Shown: piece by piece, positions 1 through 8,743 of the stretch
How positions within the stretch are numbered: position 1 is the stretch's first letter
How the letters are laid out: each line of letters starts with the position of its first letter
Translations under genes and position numbers: made by a program
DNA from: Actinomycetota bacterium
Lineage (GTDB): Bacteria; Actinomycetota; Actinomycetes; S36-B12; UBA10799
Direction: 5' to 3'
DNA: 61,178 nucleotides
Assembly: GCA_963169225.1 (NCBI GenBank)
Contig: CAUJDH010000005.1
Coordinates: forward strand, 1 to 61,178
The notes under the pieces: model-generated
What the model was told of the DNA's origin: nothing
The model's input: the letters and a program-made list of their open reading frames with translations, nothing else
Databases searched by the model: none

Positions 1-453
1 CGCGGCGTCGTTGACGAGGTAGCGGGTCGCGAAGTTGTCGGTGCCGTCCACGATCAGGTCGTACTGCTCGAAGATCTCGATGACGTTGGAGTTGTCTAGG
101 CGTTCCTTGTGCAGGATCACGTTGGCGTATGGGTTGATCTCAAGCACGGAGTCCTTGGCTGATTCACCCTTATGTCGTCCGATATCGCTTTGGCCGTGGA
201 TCACCTGACGCTGAAGGTTGGATTCGTCGACCTCGTCGAATTCGACGATGCCTAGCGTGCCAACACCGGCCGCAGCCAAGTAGAGCAACGTCGGGCTACC
301 CAGTCCGCCCGCACCCACACACAGGACCTTGGCATTGCGCAGACGTTTTTGACCGTCCATGCCAACGTCAGGGATGATGATGTGTCGACTGTACCGACGC
401 ACCTCATCGACCGTCATGGTCTCGATGGGCTCTACGAGCGGAGGAAGTGCCAC
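1..453 (-). CDS. moeZ: Adenylyltransferase/sulfurtransferase MoeZ/MoeB (N-terminal part; runs off the window)
   Basis: Manual translation from GTG at 453 (AGGAG upstream): MALPPLVEP...RYSRHIIIPDVGMDGQKRLRNAKVLCVGAGGLGSP...DESNLQRQVIH...DGTDNFATRYLVNDAA. Contains ThiF/MoeB motifs. Not in the ORF track. Confidence 0.95.
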   Translation of the reverse strand, partial: MALPPLVEPIETMTVDEVRRYSRHIIIPDVGMDGQKRLRNAKVLCVGAGGLGSPTLLYLAAAGVGTLGIVEFDEVDESNLQRQVIHGQSDIGRHKGESAKDSVLEINPYANVILHKERLDNSNVIEIFEQYDLIVDGTDNFATRYLVNDAA

Positions 454-511
454 TGCTACTCCTGGGTTGTGGTTGCGTGAATGATCAATTGATCACCAAC
501 TAATCGTATAG

Positions 512-537
512 AACACGCGATACGCGCCAATTGTTCC
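512..537 (-). promoter_or_regulatory. SigR/SigH-type ECF sigma promoter for moeZ
   Basis: Minus strand reads GGAAC (537-533), 18 nt, GTT (514-512), matching the GGAAY-N18-GTT consensus. moeB is a known sigmaR target in Streptomyces. Confidence 0.7.
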
Positions 538-581
538 CATAGGTCAAGCGGAATAAATCGAAGTTAAAACGAACGTCGCGG

Positions 582-1535
582 CTACTTGGCTCGCCCGTCC
601 GTGATCGGGTAAATGAACTCTTGCCAAGCCATCGCCACGAGGTCAGGGTCTTCCATTTGCGCAACGTGACCGGAATGCGGGAACACGACAACTCGAGCTT
701 GCGGAACGGCTTTGGTTACTTTGAAGGCACCAGTGGAATCAACAAGGCTGTCATGCCGACCATAAATGAATAGCGATGGCTTCTTGACCTGGCTCAGCCG
801 CTTGAGCGCCTTCTGATCCGAACGGCCAAGCAACTCGCTTACCAGCCCCTTAGCCGAACCGACTAAGGCTTCGGTGACGTGCGGAACATCGCGACGGCTA
901 TGCGCATCTGCGACTGCGTCCTCCATCCGCTGCGGATGAACGCGGTTGTGATCGGCAAATACACGCTTATACATATCGCTGACTTGTCGCTCAGGTGACA
1001 CTCGACGAGACAGGTCGGCAAACTTCCCGCCCAGGAACGGCAGTGTAACGAGCGGGATCTGGACATTGGTTGTCATCAAGCGATTGTGTAGGGCGGGCGA
1101 TACGTACGTGACGGACTTGACGAGTTCCGGATGATTCGAGACCAGACGTAACGAGACAGCACCACCCATGGAGTTGCCAAATACGTGAACCGGTTCGCCA
1201 TCGAGCTGCTGACGAATAAAATTGGCCACCACCTCAGCATGTGCATTGGGACTGTAGTCACCATCACTCGCAGGTCCGGATTGCCCAAAACCAGGCAAGT
1301 CCAGAGCCGTGCCGTAGACGTCTGGTTCCATAAGCCCTTGGAGCTCGTTCCAGTTAGTGGAAGATGCACCAAGTCCGTGGATGTAGACCGCAGCACTCGA
1401 TCCGGTTTTGCGCTCTCTTGGCTGACGAAAGAAGATCTCTTGGCCATCCAGATCAACCGTTTGCCCAGGGTTTCCGCGCACATACTCGACCTGTCCACGA
1501 CTTGTTTCGCGAGTAAGTTTGCGCTTTTCGGCCAT
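582..1535 (-). CDS. Alpha/beta fold hydrolase
   Basis: HGLG oxyanion motif, DLPGFG, nucleophile G-N-S-M-G, C-terminal GH. TAACCT lies 6 nt before the ATG. Confidence 0.9.
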   Translation of the reverse strand: MAEKRKLTRETSRGQVEYVRGNPGQTVDLDGQEIFFRQPRERKTGSSAAVYIHGLGASSTNWNELQGLMEPDVYGTALDLPGFGQSGPASDGDYSPNAHAEVVANFIRQQLDGEPVHVFGNSMGGAVSLRLVSNHPELVKSVTYVSPALHNRLMTTNVQIPLVTLPFLGGKFADLSRRVSPERQVSDMYKRVFADHNRVHPQRMEDAVADAHSRRDVPHVTEALVGSAKGLVSELLGRSDQKALKRLSQVKKPSLFIYGRHDSLVDSTGAFKVTKAVPQARVVVFPHSGHVAQMEDPDLVAMAWQEFIYPITDGRAK

Positions 1536-1576
1536 TCCCCTAGGTTACGCGGCTGGCCCCATCCGGTGCATCTTGG

Positions 1577-1639
1577 CATAAGTTACTGGCGAGTAACTTA
1601 TGGGAGGGTCTTCATTAGAAATAAGTTACTGGCGAGTAA
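1577..1639. promoter_or_regulatory. Two copies of a palindromic operator between the divergent hydrolase and TetR genes
   Basis: CATAAGTTACT-GGCG-AGTAACTTATG is a perfect 11-bp-arm inverted repeat (1577-1602). A second copy, ATAAGTTACTGGCGAGTAA (1621-1639), overlaps the TetR -10 (TAAGAT, 1637-1642). Confidence 0.75.
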
Positions 1640-1649
1640 GATAGAAGCC

Positions 1650-2273
1650 ATGTCCGTCACAAATGAACCCAAGAAGTCGACCCGGCTTCCACGCCCTGCC
1701 AGGCGTGCGCAACTGCTAGAAGCAGCCCGCGTGGTGTTCGTTCGCGAGGGATTTCATGCGGCCGGAATGGACGACATCGCGGAGAAGGCGGGCGTTAGTA
1801 AACCGGTGCTGTACCAACACTTCCCCAGCAAGCGCGATTTGTACATGGCGCTGCTGGATTCCGGCAAAGAAGAACTGATCGAATCAGTCACCGAGGCTCT
1901 GTCCAGCACTGAGAACAACCACGAACGCGTACAAGCCTCAGTTAGCGCATACTTTGCGTTCGTCAACGACGATTCGAAAAGCTTCCGGCTTATCTTCGAA
2001 TCCGATCTCTACAACGAAACTGCCGTCCGCCAACGCCTACAAGAGGCGGACGAGGAGTGCGCAGTTGAATTGATGAAGGTGATCACCGAGGACACCGGCA
2101 CTTCAGAGGAGCAAGCGAATCTGCTGGCCTACGGACTTATCGGCATGGCTCGAACTGCCGCTCGCCGATGGCTGAGTTCAGGACGAGTCGTGCCCAATGA
2201 TCAAGCAGTAGACCTTATTTCTCGGTTGGCTTGGCAGGGAATCTCCGGCGTCCCCTTGAACACCCGAACCTAG
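1650..2273 (+). CDS. TetR/AcrR family transcriptional regulator (Rv3208-like)
   Basis: HTH GFHAAGMDDIAEKAGVSKPVLYQHFPSK. Start trimmed from ORF 1185 to ATG 1650 (MSVTNEPKK) because the upstream extension overlaps the hydrolase. Syntenic with DUF3107 and moeZ. Confidence 0.92.
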   Translation: MSVTNEPKKSTRLPRPARRAQLLEAARVVFVREGFHAAGMDDIAEKAGVSKPVLYQHFPSKRDLYMALLDSGKEELIESVTEALSSTENNHERVQASVSAYFAFVNDDSKSFRLIFESDLYNETAVRQRLQEADEECAVELMKVITEDTGTSEEQANLLAYGLIGMARTAARRWLSSGRVVPNDQAVDLISRLAWQGISGVPLNTRT

Positions 2274-2349
2274 CGAAACTAGTATCGAGAGATCAAGCCC
2301 CAAACTAAACAAACCGTGACCCAAACCATCCAGCCAAAAGGAGATCGAT

Positions 2350-2655
2350 ATGGCCGCAGCTAGCACCCCACGCGCCCGCGCAAAGAAGACCACCGCTAAG
2401 CCCAAGGCAGCCAAATCGGCTAGCACCACTATCGAGATCAAGATCGGCGTCGAGAACAGCCCACGCGAGCTGTCTGTTGAGGTCGAACTGACTGCCGACG
2501 AGATCCTAGGCAAGCTCGACGACGCCACCAGCAACGGAACCAGCTTCGCCGTCCAAGACCCGAAGGGCCGCTACATCGTGGTCCCTGGCGCCAAAATCTC
2601 GTACGTTGAGATTGGCGAACCATCGACCCGCAAGGTCGGATTCGGCGTTCTCTAA
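2350..2655 (+). CDS. DUF3107 family protein with a Lys/Ala-rich N-terminal extension
   Basis: EIKIGVENSPRELSVEV ... DPKGRYIVVPGAKISYVEIG ... RKVGFG. AAGGAG RBS precedes ATG 2350. Confidence 0.85.
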   Translation: MAAASTPRARAKKTTAKPKAAKSASTTIEIKIGVENSPRELSVEVELTADEILGKLDDATSNGTSFAVQDPKGRYIVVPGAKISYVEIGEPSTRKVGFGVL

Positions 2656-2696
2656 ATCTTCCACTCCCAACTGACAGAACACACAGAAGGAATCAC

Positions 2697-3896
2697 ATGG
2701 CCCGCCTAGCACAAACCGCTGATCTCACGGACATCCAGAAGGAAATCCTCAGCGCGGTTCACGAGTTCACCAACAACGAGATCATCCCGAACGCTCAACA
2801 CCTCGAGCATGCTGACGAGTACCCAACCGAGATCGTCGAAGGCATGAAAGAGATGGGAATCTTCGGACTCATGATCCCCGAGGAGTACGGCGGCCTTGGC
2901 GAATCGCTGTTGACCTATGCACTGTGCGTCGAGGAGATCGCCCGCGGCTGGATGTCTGTCAGCGGCATCATCAACACCCACTTCATCGTCGCCTACATGG
3001 TGATGCAGCACGGCACCGAAGAGCAAAAGCAGCGTTGGCTACCTCGCATGGCAACCGGTGAGCTGCGCGGATCATTCTCGATGTCCGAGCCGGGCTGCGG
3101 TTCAGATGTCTCGGCAATCACCTCCAAAGGTCAGCGCGATGGCGACAACTGGATCCTCAACGGCCAGAAGATGTGGCTGACAAACGGTGGGTCGTCCTCA
3201 CTGTGTGCCGTTCTCGTTCGCACCGATGACGAGGCTGACGAGAACGCTTCGGTTTACAAGAAGATGTCCACCTTCCTCATTGAGAAGGAACCCGGTTTCG
3301 GCGAGGTTCGTCCAGGTCTCACGATCCCAGGCAAGATCGACAAAATGGGTTATAAGGGTGTCGACACAACTGAGTTGATCATGGAGAACCTTGAGCTCTC
3401 GAACGACGACCTGCTCGGCGGCGAGACCGGCAAGGGCTTCTACCAAATGATGGACGGCGTCGAGGTCGGACGCGTGAACGTTGCTGCCCGCGCTTGTGGC
3501 TTGGCCAATCGCGCATTCGAACTCGGCATCGACTACGCCCAGCAACGCACGACATTCGGCAAGCCGATTGCCGAACACCAAGCGATCGGATTCCGCCTGG
3601 CTGAGATGGGAACCAAGGTTGAAGCTGCTCACCTCATGATGGTTCGCGCCGCTCGTCTCAAGGACACGGGCGCACGCAACGACCTCGAGGCTGGCATGGC
3701 CAAGTACTTGGCAAGTGAATACTGTCGCGACGTTGTCGAAGATTCGTTCCGGATCCACGGCGGCTACGGCTACTCCAAGGAGTACGAGATCGAGCGTCTC
3801 TACCGCGAGGCACCGATGCTACTGATCGGCGAAGGTACCGCTGAGATTCAGCGCATGATCATCGCGCGTCGCCTACTTGAGGAATACAAGATCTAA
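2697..3896 (+). CDS. Acyl-CoA dehydrogenase
   Basis: SMSEPGCGSD, LNGQKMWLTNG, QRTTFGKPI, IHGGYGYSKEYEIERLYRE, IGEGTAEIQR. Confidence 0.95.
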   Translation: MARLAQTADLTDIQKEILSAVHEFTNNEIIPNAQHLEHADEYPTEIVEGMKEMGIFGLMIPEEYGGLGESLLTYALCVEEIARGWMSVSGIINTHFIVAYMVMQHGTEEQKQRWLPRMATGELRGSFSMSEPGCGSDVSAITSKGQRDGDNWILNGQKMWLTNGGSSSLCAVLVRTDDEADENASVYKKMSTFLIEKEPGFGEVRPGLTIPGKIDKMGYKGVDTTELIMENLELSNDDLLGGETGKGFYQMMDGVEVGRVNVAARACGLANRAFELGIDYAQQRTTFGKPIAEHQAIGFRLAEMGTKVEAAHLMMVRAARLKDTGARNDLEAGMAKYLASEYCRDVVEDSFRIHGGYGYSKEYEIERLYREAPMLLIGEGTAEIQRMIIARRLLEEYKI

Positions 3897-3917
3897 CTGG
3901 CGCGCAACTTAAAAGTC

Positions 3918-3949
3918 AATGACCGCTCTCCTCCGGGAGGGCGGTCATT
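3918..3949. terminator. Intrinsic terminator hairpin between convergent genes
   Basis: AATGACCGCTCTCC-TCC-GGGAGGGCGGTCATT followed by TT. Confidence 0.8.
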
Positions 3950-3979
3950 TTCGTTGCAGTCAGGTTGGCGGCTTGCTCG

Positions 3980-4366
3980 CTATGCGCTTTCGCCTAGCGA
4001 GAGTTCGGCCCAAACAGTCTTGCCGGTACCAGTCTTGTCCCGTTCGACGCCCCAGTCCGCGCTAAGTGCGTTGACGATTGTCAGTCCGCGACCAGTCGTA
4101 TCCTCGACGGTCGAATCGTTGGCTGTCGGCTCGGCATGCGCCGCATTGTCTTTAACCTCAATACGAACGCCGTTTTCGATCGTGGTGACAGCGATTTGGA
4201 CTGGGCCCGTGGTGTGCAACCGGGCATTTGTGAGCAGTTCACTGACGACCAATTCCGCGGAATCTAGTACTGAGAGAACTCCCCAAGAGCGCAGTTGAGA
4301 AGCGACGGCTCGACGAGCGTCGCTTACTGCGCTAAGGCCTTCGTCAACAGGCAGGTTCACGTGCAT
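3980..4366 (-). CDS. RsbW-like anti-sigma factor / HATPase_c ATP-binding protein
   Basis: ELVVSELLTNA, VRIEVKD, GRGLTIV, WGV, GKTVWAEL. Start at ATG 4366 is preferred over 4426 because of the promoter position. Confidence 0.85.
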   Translation of the reverse strand: MHVNLPVDEGLSAVSDARRAVASQLRSWGVLSVLDSAELVVSELLTNARLHTTGPVQIAVTTIENGVRIEVKDNAAHAEPTANDSTVEDTTGRGLTIVNALSADWGVERDKTGTGKTVWAELSLGESA

Positions 4367-4375
4367 AAAATTGTC

Positions 4376-4401
4376 ATACCCGTTTATGTCCAGTTGAAAC
4401 C
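4376..4401 (-). promoter_or_regulatory. SigB/SigF-type promoter for the anti-sigma-like gene
   Basis: Minus strand reads GGTTT, 15 nt, GGGTAT (4381-4376), ending 9 nt before ATG 4366. Confidence 0.6.
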
Positions 4402-4537
4402 CCAAAGTTAGGGGAACCTGACTCACCAGGCAGAATGGGATTTAGTTTGATTGAGTTCGTCCACCTCTTTCAAACTCACGAGTTTTTAGCTGAACCATGA
4501 AACTCAACCAAATATCGTCCAAACTGAGCAGGCAATA

Positions 4538-5320
4538 GTGACCCGAATCATCGCAATCGCCAATCAAAAAGGTGGAGTTGCCAAGACCACCACCGTGGCT
4601 TCGCTCGGTGCTGCCCTTGTAGAACAGGGCCACCGCGTTCTGATTGTTGACCTGGATCCGCAAGCCTGTTTGACGTTCTCATTGGGGCACGATCCGGAAG
4701 AACTCGAGTTCTCGGTTCACGACGTTCTACTCGGCCGAGTCGCCCCTGGACTGTCGATCATCACCACTGAAGACGGCATCGATATTTTGCCATCCACGAT
4801 CGACCTGGCCGGTGCCGAAGCACACTTACTCACACGTACTGGCCGCGAGTACGTGCTGCGTACCGCCCTGGAAGATGTGGCCGCCGGATACGACTTCGTA
4901 CTACTCGACTGCTCACCATCACTCGGCGTGCTCACGATCAATGCTCTGACTGCCGCCGACGAAGTCATTATCCCAATGCAGTGCGAGACGCTCTCACACC
5001 GCGGAGTACGTCAGCTCATGGACACAATTGAGGACGTACAACGCTTGTGCAACCGCGATTTGAAGATCCGCGGCGTGCTACCGACTATGTTCGACTCGCG
5101 CACGAACTTGGCCAAGGCTGTTCTTGCCGACGTCAAAGAGCGTTACGGTCTCGAGGTGCTTGAGCCGCCAATCGCCAAATCGGTTCGCTTCGCTGAGGCA
5201 CCTGCGGCTGGTCGTTCCGTGCTTAAAACTGCAAAATCCTCGCGCGGAGCCGAGGCATACCGTGAAGTAGCGATCAACCTGGCTGAGATCGAAGCCAAGA
5301 ATGCCGAGTCGGTGCGCTAG
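4538..5320 (+). CDS. ParA/Soj family ATPase (Rv3213c-like)
   Basis: Deviant Walker A NQKGGVAKTTT, DLDPQ, LLDCSPSLG, SVRFAEAP. Confidence 0.92.
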   Translation: MTRIIAIANQKGGVAKTTTVASLGAALVEQGHRVLIVDLDPQACLTFSLGHDPEELEFSVHDVLLGRVAPGLSIITTEDGIDILPSTIDLAGAEAHLLTRTGREYVLRTALEDVAAGYDFVLLDCSPSLGVLTINALTAADEVIIPMQCETLSHRGVRQLMDTIEDVQRLCNRDLKIRGVLPTMFDSRTNLAKAVLADVKERYGLEVLEPPIAKSVRFAEAPAAGRSVLKTAKSSRGAEAYREVAINLAEIEAKNAESVR

Positions 5321-5703
5321 TGTCCAAATCGACCGAAGGCTCCAAGAAGAAGCCAGCAAAGAAGACTTCGCAGTCCAAAGCGCCGAGTCAATCCAAGACA
5401 CCGAGCTTCGATCGGATCAAGCCACCAAAGAGCACTCGCTCCCCCGCCGAGCAGGTAGGGACTCGCGAAAACGATCTTCAAGGAAAACGTGCCTTATTTA
5501 GCGGCGCGGATCAACCTCCCAATATGGGATCGGTATCTCTCACTTGTAGCGCCTGCGAAGCGCGATCAGTGGTGTCTTATGTGCGCCTAGCCAAAATGTG
5601 GGTGTCGGGCTTCTACGTTCCGGTACCAGGGGTTAGCCAGCGCGCATGGATCAAGTGCCCAGCCTGCGAACAACACGCCTGGCTGACAATTTCTCGTTCC
5701 TAG
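5320..5703 (+). CDS. Hypothetical protein with a basic disordered N-terminus and a C-terminal zinc ribbon
   Basis: CSAC ... CPAC. The start overlaps the parA stop (TAGTG). Confidence 0.7.
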   Translation: MSKSTEGSKKKPAKKTSQSKAPSQSKTPSFDRIKPPKSTRSPAEQVGTRENDLQGKRALFSGADQPPNMGSVSLTCSACEARSVVSYVRLAKMWVSGFYVPVPGVSQRAWIKCPACEQHAWLTISRS

Positions 5704-5732
5704 GAACGAGAAATCATTAGGCGGTCTCGTTC
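5704..5732. terminator. Hairpin between the convergent zinc-ribbon gene and the helicase
   Basis: GAACGAGA-N13-TCTCGTTC. Confidence 0.5.
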
Positions 5733-5736
5733 TTAG

Positions 5737-7266
5737 CTAGTTGCTACCTTCACCCGCTGGCCGGCTGCGACGAGTCCGCTTGCGTTGACGCTTCGGTCCC
5801 GAGCTTTGAGCCGAACCTTCTGACTTGCCGCCGGACCCACTCTGACCGTTCGAGCTACCTTGGCTGCGGTTGCGATTCCTGTTGCGGCTTCCGCCCGAAC
5901 GTCCACCACTTGAGCGACCGCCCGAACGGTTACCTCCCGAGCGGCCTCCACCGGAGCGATTTCCGTCGCGACTGCCTGGCTTTCCTTTGCCGCCAGTCTC
6001 ACCCAGATCCTCAACCTTCTCGGCATCCAAACCTTCGCGGCTTTGCGACGCCTTGGGCAGACGCCCCTTGGCTTCCTTCGGAATATTGAGACCGGTGTAG
6101 ATGTGGTCGGATGTCGAATAAGTCTCGATCGGCTCAGCGAATGACAGTCCGAGCGCCTTGTTGATCAATGCCCAACGAGGGATGTCATCCCAATCGACCA
6201 GGGTCACGCCCACACCGGAAGCTCCGGCACGACCGGTGCGGCCGATGCGGTGGACATACACCTTCTCATCCTCGGGACAGGCGTAGTTGATCACGTGAGT
6301 GACGTTGTCTACGTCAATGCCGCGGGCAGCAACGTCGGTCGCTACTAGGACATCGATCTTGCCGTTACGAAAGGCACGCAGTGCTTGTTCACGAGCGCCT
6401 TGACCCAAATCGCCGTGAACTGTGCCGACAGCGAATCCGCGCTCTTCAAGGTCATCCATCAAACGCTGCGCCGTGCGCTTAGTGCGGCAGAAGATGATGG
6501 CGAGCTCGCGACCTTCAGCCTGGAGCACCCGTGCCACGATCTCCACTTTGTCCATCGCGTGAGCACGCCACACATGCTGTTCAATCGTGTCGACAACTGA
6601 TCCCTCATCATCTGGATCTGTCGCACGAATATGAGTTGGCGATGTCATATAACGGCGAGCGAGGTTAACAATCTGGCCTGGCATCGTCGCTGAGAACAGC
6701 AGAGTTTGACGGTCGCTGGGCAGCGCCGCCACAATCGACTCAACATCAGGCAAAAATCCCATGTCGAGCATTTCGTCGGCTTCGTCCAAAACGAGCGTCT
6801 GGACCTGGCTGAGATCCAGATGGCCTTGCTTATGAAGGTCAAGCAAACGACCTGGCGTACCGACGACGACTTCGACACCCTTACCTAGAGTCTCGACTTG
6901 CGGTTCGTAGGCACGGCCACCATAGATGCTGATGACACGAATTCCCTCGGCTTTACCGGCAAGAGTCAAGTCATCGGCCACCTGCACACATAGCTCGCGG
7001 GTCGGTACGACCACCAACGCCTGCGGGCTTGCTTTAGCCTCTCCAGCTGCACCGCCAAGCACTACCTTCTGAAGGAGCGGAAGTCCGAAGCCAAGCGTTT
7101 TTCCGGTTCCGGTTTTGGCTTGGCCGATCAGATCCTGACCCTGCAAGGCCAACGGAATACACATCGACTGGATTGGGAACGGAGAGGTGATTCCAGCTTC
7201 ACTGAGCGAATCACAAATTGGTTGTGCGATGCCTAAGCTCGCAAAAGTTTCAGTTGTTTCAGGCAT
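5737..7266 (-). CDS. rhlE: DEAD/DEAH box RNA helicase (RhlE-like) with a Gly/Arg/Ser-rich tail
   Basis: Q motif, AKTGTGKT, PTREL, DEAD, SAT, HRIGRTGRAG, and C-terminal RSGG repeats. Confidence 0.95.
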   Translation of the reverse strand: MPETTETFASLGIAQPICDSLSEAGITSPFPIQSMCIPLALQGQDLIGQAKTGTGKTLGFGLPLLQKVVLGGAAGEAKASPQALVVVPTRELCVQVADDLTLAGKAEGIRVISIYGGRAYEPQVETLGKGVEVVVGTPGRLLDLHKQGHLDLSQVQTLVLDEADEMLDMGFLPDVESIVAALPSDRQTLLFSATMPGQIVNLARRYMTSPTHIRATDPDDEGSVVDTIEQHVWRAHAMDKVEIVARVLQAEGRELAIIFCRTKRTAQRLMDDLEERGFAVGTVHGDLGQGAREQALRAFRNGKIDVLVATDVAARGIDVDNVTHVINYACPEDEKVYVHRIGRTGRAGASGVGVTLVDWDDIPRWALINKALGLSFAEPIETYSTSDHIYTGLNIPKEAKGRLPKASQSREGLDAEKVEDLGETGGKGKPGSRDGNRSGGGRSGGNRSGGRSSGGRSGGSRNRNRNRSQGSSNGQSGSGGKSEGSAQSSGPKRQRKRTRRSRPAGEGSN

Positions 7267-7414
7267 AGCCTTGCGGTTTTCCTCTTCTTATAAAAGGCAA
7301 CCACAGGGGTTTCGGGCTCATATGCGCCAGCGAGGTTGCCTTGCATCAACACTTCGACAATACGTGGTTCCTGTGGACACGCGCGCGCCTGGGTGGCCGC
7401 GATAGCCTGACCAC

Positions 7415-8743
7415 ATGGATTCGCGTACCAACCGTGCTTTCGTGGCACGCCTAGCTGGTAGCGCCATTTTTGACCCCAATGGCGACCAAGTGGGCAAGAT
7501 TCGTGATGTCGTCGTCATGATTCGTTCCAACTCGCGACCTACCGTCAATGGCTTCGTCGTCGAGGTCCCACCCCACCGCCGCATTTTCATCCCCATGACG
7601 CGAATTACTGGACTGGATGCCGGGCAAGCCGTAGCCACCGGCTCAGTCAATCTTCGTAGCTTTCAAACGAAGAACGCCGAAACCCTAGCGATGGCCGAGC
7701 TACTTGACCGCAAAGTCACTTTAATCGAGAGTGGTGAAGAGGTAACGATTCTAGACATCGGAATCGACCAGACCAGAAACCGCAACTGGGAGATCTCCAA
7801 ACTGTTCGTCCGCAAGAACATCCGTACTGGATTTCGGCGTCGTGGCGAAACCCTCATGGTGAATTGGGACGAGGTATCGGGGATCGGGGGAACCAAGAGC
7901 GAGCAGTCTGCCGAGGCACTTGTCGAGTCATTAGAAGAAACCCACCCAGCGGACATTGCTGACCTGCTACGTACCTTGCCCGATAAGCGCAAGCTAGAGA
8001 TCGCTCGCGAACTTGACGACGAACGCTTGGCCGATGTGCTTGAGGAACTCGGCGACACCGACCAGGTAAAGATCCTGGCGATGCTGGACATCGAACGTGC
8101 CGCGGACGTCGTGGACGCTATGGACCCCGCTGACGCTGCAGACTTACTCAAAGAGATCCCGCTGGCAGAAGCTGAAGAAATCCTGTCGCGCATCGAACCC
8201 ACCGACGCTGAGGGCCTGCGCCGTCTCCAGACTTACGATGACAAATCAGCTGGCGGCATGATGACTCCTGAACCGGTGATCGTTCCGCCGGACACCACCG
8301 TGGCTGAGGCACTCGCCAAGATTCGTAATGCTGAGATCCCTACTTCGCTGGCCGCACAAGTGCTAGTTGTACGCCCACCACTCGAGACCCCTACTGGTTC
8401 GTTCTTGGGGGTCGTCCACTTCCAACGCCTACTACGCGAACCGCCAGCAACCCTAGTGTCCTCGATTATCGACGGTGATCTTGAAACAGTCAGCCCTTCC
8501 GCTGGGCTCGGAGAAGTTGTACGCTGTTTTGCGACCTATAACTTGGTCGGACTACCCGTGGTGGACGAGACAAACCATCTGCTTGGTGTAGTCACCGTCG
8601 ACGATGTCGTCGACCACATGCTTCCCGAGGATTGGCGTGAAACCCCCGCTAACCGAGTCGACGAAATCCTCCCAACCCAAGATGAACCTGACGAACATAA
8701 CGAGACCGCCGAAAACGACGAGAGAACCGATGGAAAGGGGTGA
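7415..8743 (+). CDS. MgtE N-terminal/CBS domain protein (Rv1232c-like, no membrane domain)
   Basis: PRC-like N-terminus, MgtE_N (HPADIADLL, RLADVLEE), CBS pair (SAGGMMT ... LLGVVTVDDV). Confidence 0.88.
   Translation: MDSRTNRAFVARLAGSAIFDPNGDQVGKIRDVVVMIRSNSRPTVNGFVVEVPPHRRIFIPMTRITGLDAGQAVATGSVNLRSFQTKNAETLAMAELLDRKVTLIESGEEVTILDIGIDQTRNRNWEISKLFVRKNIRTGFRRRGETLMVNWDEVSGIGGTKSEQSAEALVESLEETHPADIADLLRTLPDKRKLEIARELDDERLADVLEELGDTDQVKILAMLDIERAADVVDAMDPADAADLLKEIPLAEAEEILSRIEPTDAEGLRRLQTYDDKSAGGMMTPEPVIVPPDTTVAEALAKIRNAEIPTSLAAQVLVVRPPLETPTGSFLGVVHFQRLLREPPATLVSSIIDGDLETVSPSAGLGEVVRCFATYNLVGLPVVDETNHLLGVVTVDDVVDHMLPEDWRETPANRVDEILPTQDEPDEHNETAENDERTDGKG

Noticed and set aside
1185-1649. N-terminal 155 codons of the 362-aa ORF
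   Set aside because: Overlaps the hydrolase on the opposite strand and runs through the operators. The TetR domain and promoter point to ATG 1650.
5870-5960. Repetitive GGRSGG-encoding DNA at the helicase 3' end
   Set aside because: An ordinary low-complexity RNA-binding tail within the CDS, not an independent repeat element.
7346-7371. GGAAC-N16-GTTG on the minus strand upstream of the helicase
   Set aside because: The spacer is shorter than the 17-18 nt typical for sigmaH/R, and an overlapping TATTGT -10 explains the region equally well.
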